A stretch of DNA of 20,000 bases from an uncultured virus (IMG/VR IMGVR_UViG_3300044970_002808) (lineage: Duplodnaviria > Heunggongvirae > Uroviricota > Caudoviricetes): positions 52,949 through 72,948 of IMG/VR virus record IMGVR_UViG_3300044970_002808; one strand, written 5' to 3'. Below the pieces are notes generated by a model that saw nothing but the letters and a program-made list of their open reading frames with translations, made no database searches and was not told where the DNA came from. How positions within the stretch are numbered: position 1 is the first letter of the stretch; each line of letters starts with the position of its first letter. This document shows positions 17,237 to 20,000 of the stretch, piece after piece. Position numbers and translations under genes: made by a program.

Positions 17237-17325
17237 TAGGGAGTTCATTGCAGGTATGTGAGTAGGGAGTTCATTGCAGGTATGTGAGTAGGGAGTTCAT
17301 TGCAGGTGTGTGTAGGGGAGTTCAC
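17237..17325. repeat. 26-bp tandem repeat TAGGGAGTTCATTGCAGGTATGTGAG x ~3
   Basis: Units start at 17237, 17263 and 17289; related units near 18477-18575 and 19696-19735. Confidence 0.88.
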
Positions 17326-17369
17326 CTATACCTATACAGGTTATGCGTGGGTAAAGATGGACGACTCTG

Positions 17370-17461
17370 ATAAGCTAATCTTATATAAGTTACCATTATC
17401 AATCTCATAAGAAATATTAATGATTGAACTACTTGACATTCCCTAGAAATATTGCTATAGT
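17370..17461 (+). promoter_or_regulatory. type C promoter module
   Basis: ATAAG-N5-CTTAT boxes then TTGACA(17433)-17-TATAGT; near-identical copy at 18657-18748; third copy runs off the window end. Confidence 0.8.
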
Positions 17462-17497
17462 AGTAACATAAACCAAAACAAACAGGAACCAAAAACC

Positions 17498-17803
17498 ATG
17501 AAGTACGTTAAAAGCTCTATCAAATTAATTGGGTACGGCCGGTACGATAAATCCTTTTTTCAGTGTCAAGAGTTAACGATAGACAGTAGTGAGCTATTGG
17601 ATATTGACGAAAAAATAGAACAGAAGGGGGATGTTAAAGAAGGAATAAAGGAATGGTTAGAATATAATGCTGATTTATCTGAGTTAGTTGACTTTATGGC
17701 AGAATTGGAGTTAAAAACAGGGAATGTGATTGTAAACTGGAATGACCCTGTAAATGAACAAGTATTCCAGTTTATAGAATATGGGGAGGTAGTCTTGGCT
17801 TAG
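17498..17803 (+). CDS. acidic hypothetical protein (family A, copy 3, divergent)
   Basis: LIGYG.Y...QCQE...GDVKEGIKEWL.YN...DFMAELE...VIVNWNDP. Confidence 0.85.
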   Translation: MKYVKSSIKLIGYGRYDKSFFQCQELTIDSSELLDIDEKIEQKGDVKEGIKEWLEYNADLSELVDFMAELELKTGNVIVNWNDPVNEQVFQFIEYGEVVLA

Positions 17804-17947
17804 ACAGTGGACACTTTCTAAACTGTCCACTTTAAAAAGGGTTGACAAATCCCAAAAAGTAAGGCATAATGGAGACATAAGCAAAGGGTTAACCCACTCA
17901 CTTCGCTGGGTTAACCAAGTTCAAACTAAAACAAGAGGACAAATCGA

Positions 17948-18364
17948 ATGAGTACAATCAATTTAAATTTAGCTGAGATAAAACATTTCACTGTTTTAAC
18001 CTATCAGCCTCCTATATGTAAATCGTGGGAACCACTATCAGAAATAGCCGTTAAAGATGGATGGTGGTACTTTTGCGGAACCAGAACCAGAAAAATTTGT
18101 TCAGGGGAAAAGTTCGAGAAAAATCATATTTCTCCTCTACAGATTCAAGAGAACTGGAGAAATCTAGAAAGGTTAAATTCCTACATAGGAAAACCCTATT
18201 ATGGGTATTTAACCTTTAATTGGGGAGAAACTTCTACCGAAAAGGCGGTGGTTAATGTTGATGATGCGGGAAAAATTTTTCGAATCCGTACATATAGCGG
18301 GATGAACTGGAGTATCAGGGGGTACGGTTCCCCCGTTAGTGATACAGAGTTGCGTGCGCTTTAA
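17948..18364 (+). CDS. hypothetical protein
   Basis: Type A module at 17806-17870 and GAGGA RBS. Confidence 0.8.
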   Translation: MSTINLNLAEIKHFTVLTYQPPICKSWEPLSEIAVKDGWWYFCGTRTRKICSGEKFEKNHISPLQIQENWRNLERLNSYIGKPYYGYLTFNWGETSTEKAVVNVDDAGKIFRIRTYSGMNWSIRGYGSPVSDTELRAL

Positions 18365-18791
18365 CCTCAAACCCCTATAAGGATTTCTTATCATTCAACT
18401 ATAAGAAATCCTTATTAATTAGGGCTTGACAATACCTAATTAACCCATGCAATACCCCCTAACCCAACCAACGGGGTTAGGGTTTTCATTGCAGGTGCGT
18501 GTAACGGTTAGTTCACCTATACCTATACGGGTTTATAACGGAGTCCATTGCAGGTGTGTGAATGGGTAGGTTCACCTATATCTATACGGGTTATGCGTGG
18601 GTAAAGATGGACGACTCTGATAAGCTAATCTTATATAAGTAAAAACTATCTAACAGATAAGCTAATCTTATATAGGTTACCATTATCAATCCCATAAGAA
18701 ATATTAATGATTGACCTACTTGACATTCCCTAGAAATATTGCTATAGTAGTAACATGAAAGAAAACAAGCCCTACCTGATAAGTACCAACC

Positions 18792-19133
18792 ATGATTTAC
18801 CACTATTTGATAGGTTTCCCTAAAGATTTCCAATTTCCTATAGCTAAACGTAGCCTGCGGTACACCGACCATGCACTGTTTGAGGCCAACAAAGACGGTG
18901 CTATTGATTTACCGTCTGTCATTACCCCCTCAAGGGGTAAGTTGATAGAATTAAACTTGACCAGAGAATTTCCCCAATATGTTTACCGTTTTCAATACTC
19001 TAACACCAAAGACTTGGTTATGGTGTTGTCTGCCAAAACACCCTTACACTGGACAGTCGTTACTGTCTGGTTAAACAATACTATCGATGCCCATGAAAGC
19101 CTAGACCGTACACGGTACGCTATACCTGCCTAG
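18792..19133 (+). CDS. hypothetical protein, possible DUF4258/RelE-like nuclease fold
   Basis: LRYTDHA near the N-terminus and VVTVW near the C-terminus; type C promoter upstream. Confidence 0.7.
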   Translation: MIYHYLIGFPKDFQFPIAKRSLRYTDHALFEANKDGAIDLPSVITPSRGKLIELNLTREFPQYVYRFQYSNTKDLVMVLSAKTPLHWTVVTVWLNNTIDAHESLDRTRYAIPA

Positions 19134-19335
19134 AAAAAATAATCAAGAGTTAACCCCTACCCATTAGTAACTATTATAACCCTGATAAGTTATCCTAATA
19201 CATTAACTCTTGAAAAAAGTTTAAAGCAGGCAGTGGACACTTTCTAAACTGTCCACTCCAAAAAGGGTTGACAAGGGTTAGGAACAATGCCATAATAGAA
19301 ACATAAACCGAAACAAACCAACGAGGAAAGCGAAA

Positions 19336-19620
19336 ATGAAGTACACAGTAGTTAAAAGTTTAATCAGATGGTATGACCCATTACAGTGTCTAGGAATTAC
19401 TCTAGACAGCTATCAATTAATGGAAATTGAGGAAAAAGTTAAAGCAGGCCATGAAGTAAGGGGGGTTGTCAAAGAATGGATAATAGATAATGCTGGTGAT
19501 TATTCTGGAATTACAGACTTTATGGCCGACTTAGAATTTAGCTCTGGGAATGTAGTTATAGACTGGACAGACCCTGAAAGTGAGAATAAATTCTGTGATT
19601 GTTACTATGGGGATTACTAA
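19336..19620 (+). CDS. acidic hypothetical protein (family A, copy 4)
   Basis: Paralog of 11961 and 12386; type A module at 19232-19296. Confidence 0.85.
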   Translation: MKYTVVKSLIRWYDPLQCLGITLDSYQLMEIEEKVKAGHEVRGVVKEWIIDNAGDYSGITDFMADLEFSSGNVVIDWTDPESENKFCDCYYGDY

Positions 19621-19765
19621 ATAACCCGTAACTAGGGGCTTAGAAAGTGGACAGTTCCCAAACTGTCCACCTCAAAAAGGGTTGACAAGGGTTAGTCCAT
19701 TGCAGGTATGTGTAGGGGAGTTCATTGCAGGTGGGTAGGTAGCCTTATCAATTCCATAAGCAAGA

Positions 19766-19960
19766 CTTATATAAGTAAAAACTATCTAACGGTTAAGCTA
19801 ATCTTATATAAGTAAAAACTATCTAACAGATAAGCTAATCTTATATAAGTAAAAACTATCTAACGGTTAAGCTAATCTTATATAAGTAAAAACTATCTAA
19901 CAGATAAGCTAATCTTATATAAGTAAAAACTATCTAACGGTTAAGCTAATCTTATATAAG
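19766..19960. repeat. 37-bp tandem array, 5 full units plus the start of a sixth, two alternating variants
   Basis: CTTATATAAGTAAAAACTATCTAAC(GGTT/AGAT)AAGCTAAT at 19766, 19803, 19840, 19877, 19914 and partial at 19951. Confidence 0.93.
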
Positions 19961-20000
19961 TAACCATTATCAATCCCATAAGAAAGATTAATAATTGACC

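Noticed and set aside
18209..18872. Minus-strand ORFs 18209-18394 and 18591-18872
   Set aside because: They overlap plus-strand genes or repeat modules on the opposite strand
11170..19700. Classical integron with attC sites
   Set aside because: No integron integrase in the window; the repeats contain promoters and lack a clear attC R/L box architecture
19766..19960. CRISPR array
   Set aside because: Units are head-to-tail with no unique spacers, and no cas genes are present

Overview
Segment of a cyanobacterial phage genome. Its gene content recalls freshwater filamentous-cyanobacterium phages such as Planktothrix phage PaV-LD (from memory, not verified). Left part (1-2565, +): a sigma-factor-like gene, thyX and a hypothetical gene, with host-type sigma70 promoters at 281 and 2063. 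Middle (2559-10752, mostly -): major capsid and probable scaffold genes split by an IS607 element (serine TnpA plus a TnpB with a Fanzor-like rearranged RuvC), a 1.6 kb repeat-rich non-coding tract, an HTH gene and small genes; several of these share an upstream TACGCCCA(A) motif, a candidate late promoter. Right part (11170-20000, +): an array of about 17 small, mostly acidic genes. Most have their own copy of a repeated module (palindrome or box, TTGACA-N17-extended -10, AC-rich leader, RBS), and the array contains paralog families, gene remnants and an empty module, which suggests cassette-like shuffling. Non-coding DNA also carries repeated matches to cyanobacterial host regulator sites: LexA boxes, Pho-box-like triplets and LysR-type boxes in a variable-number 37-bp array.
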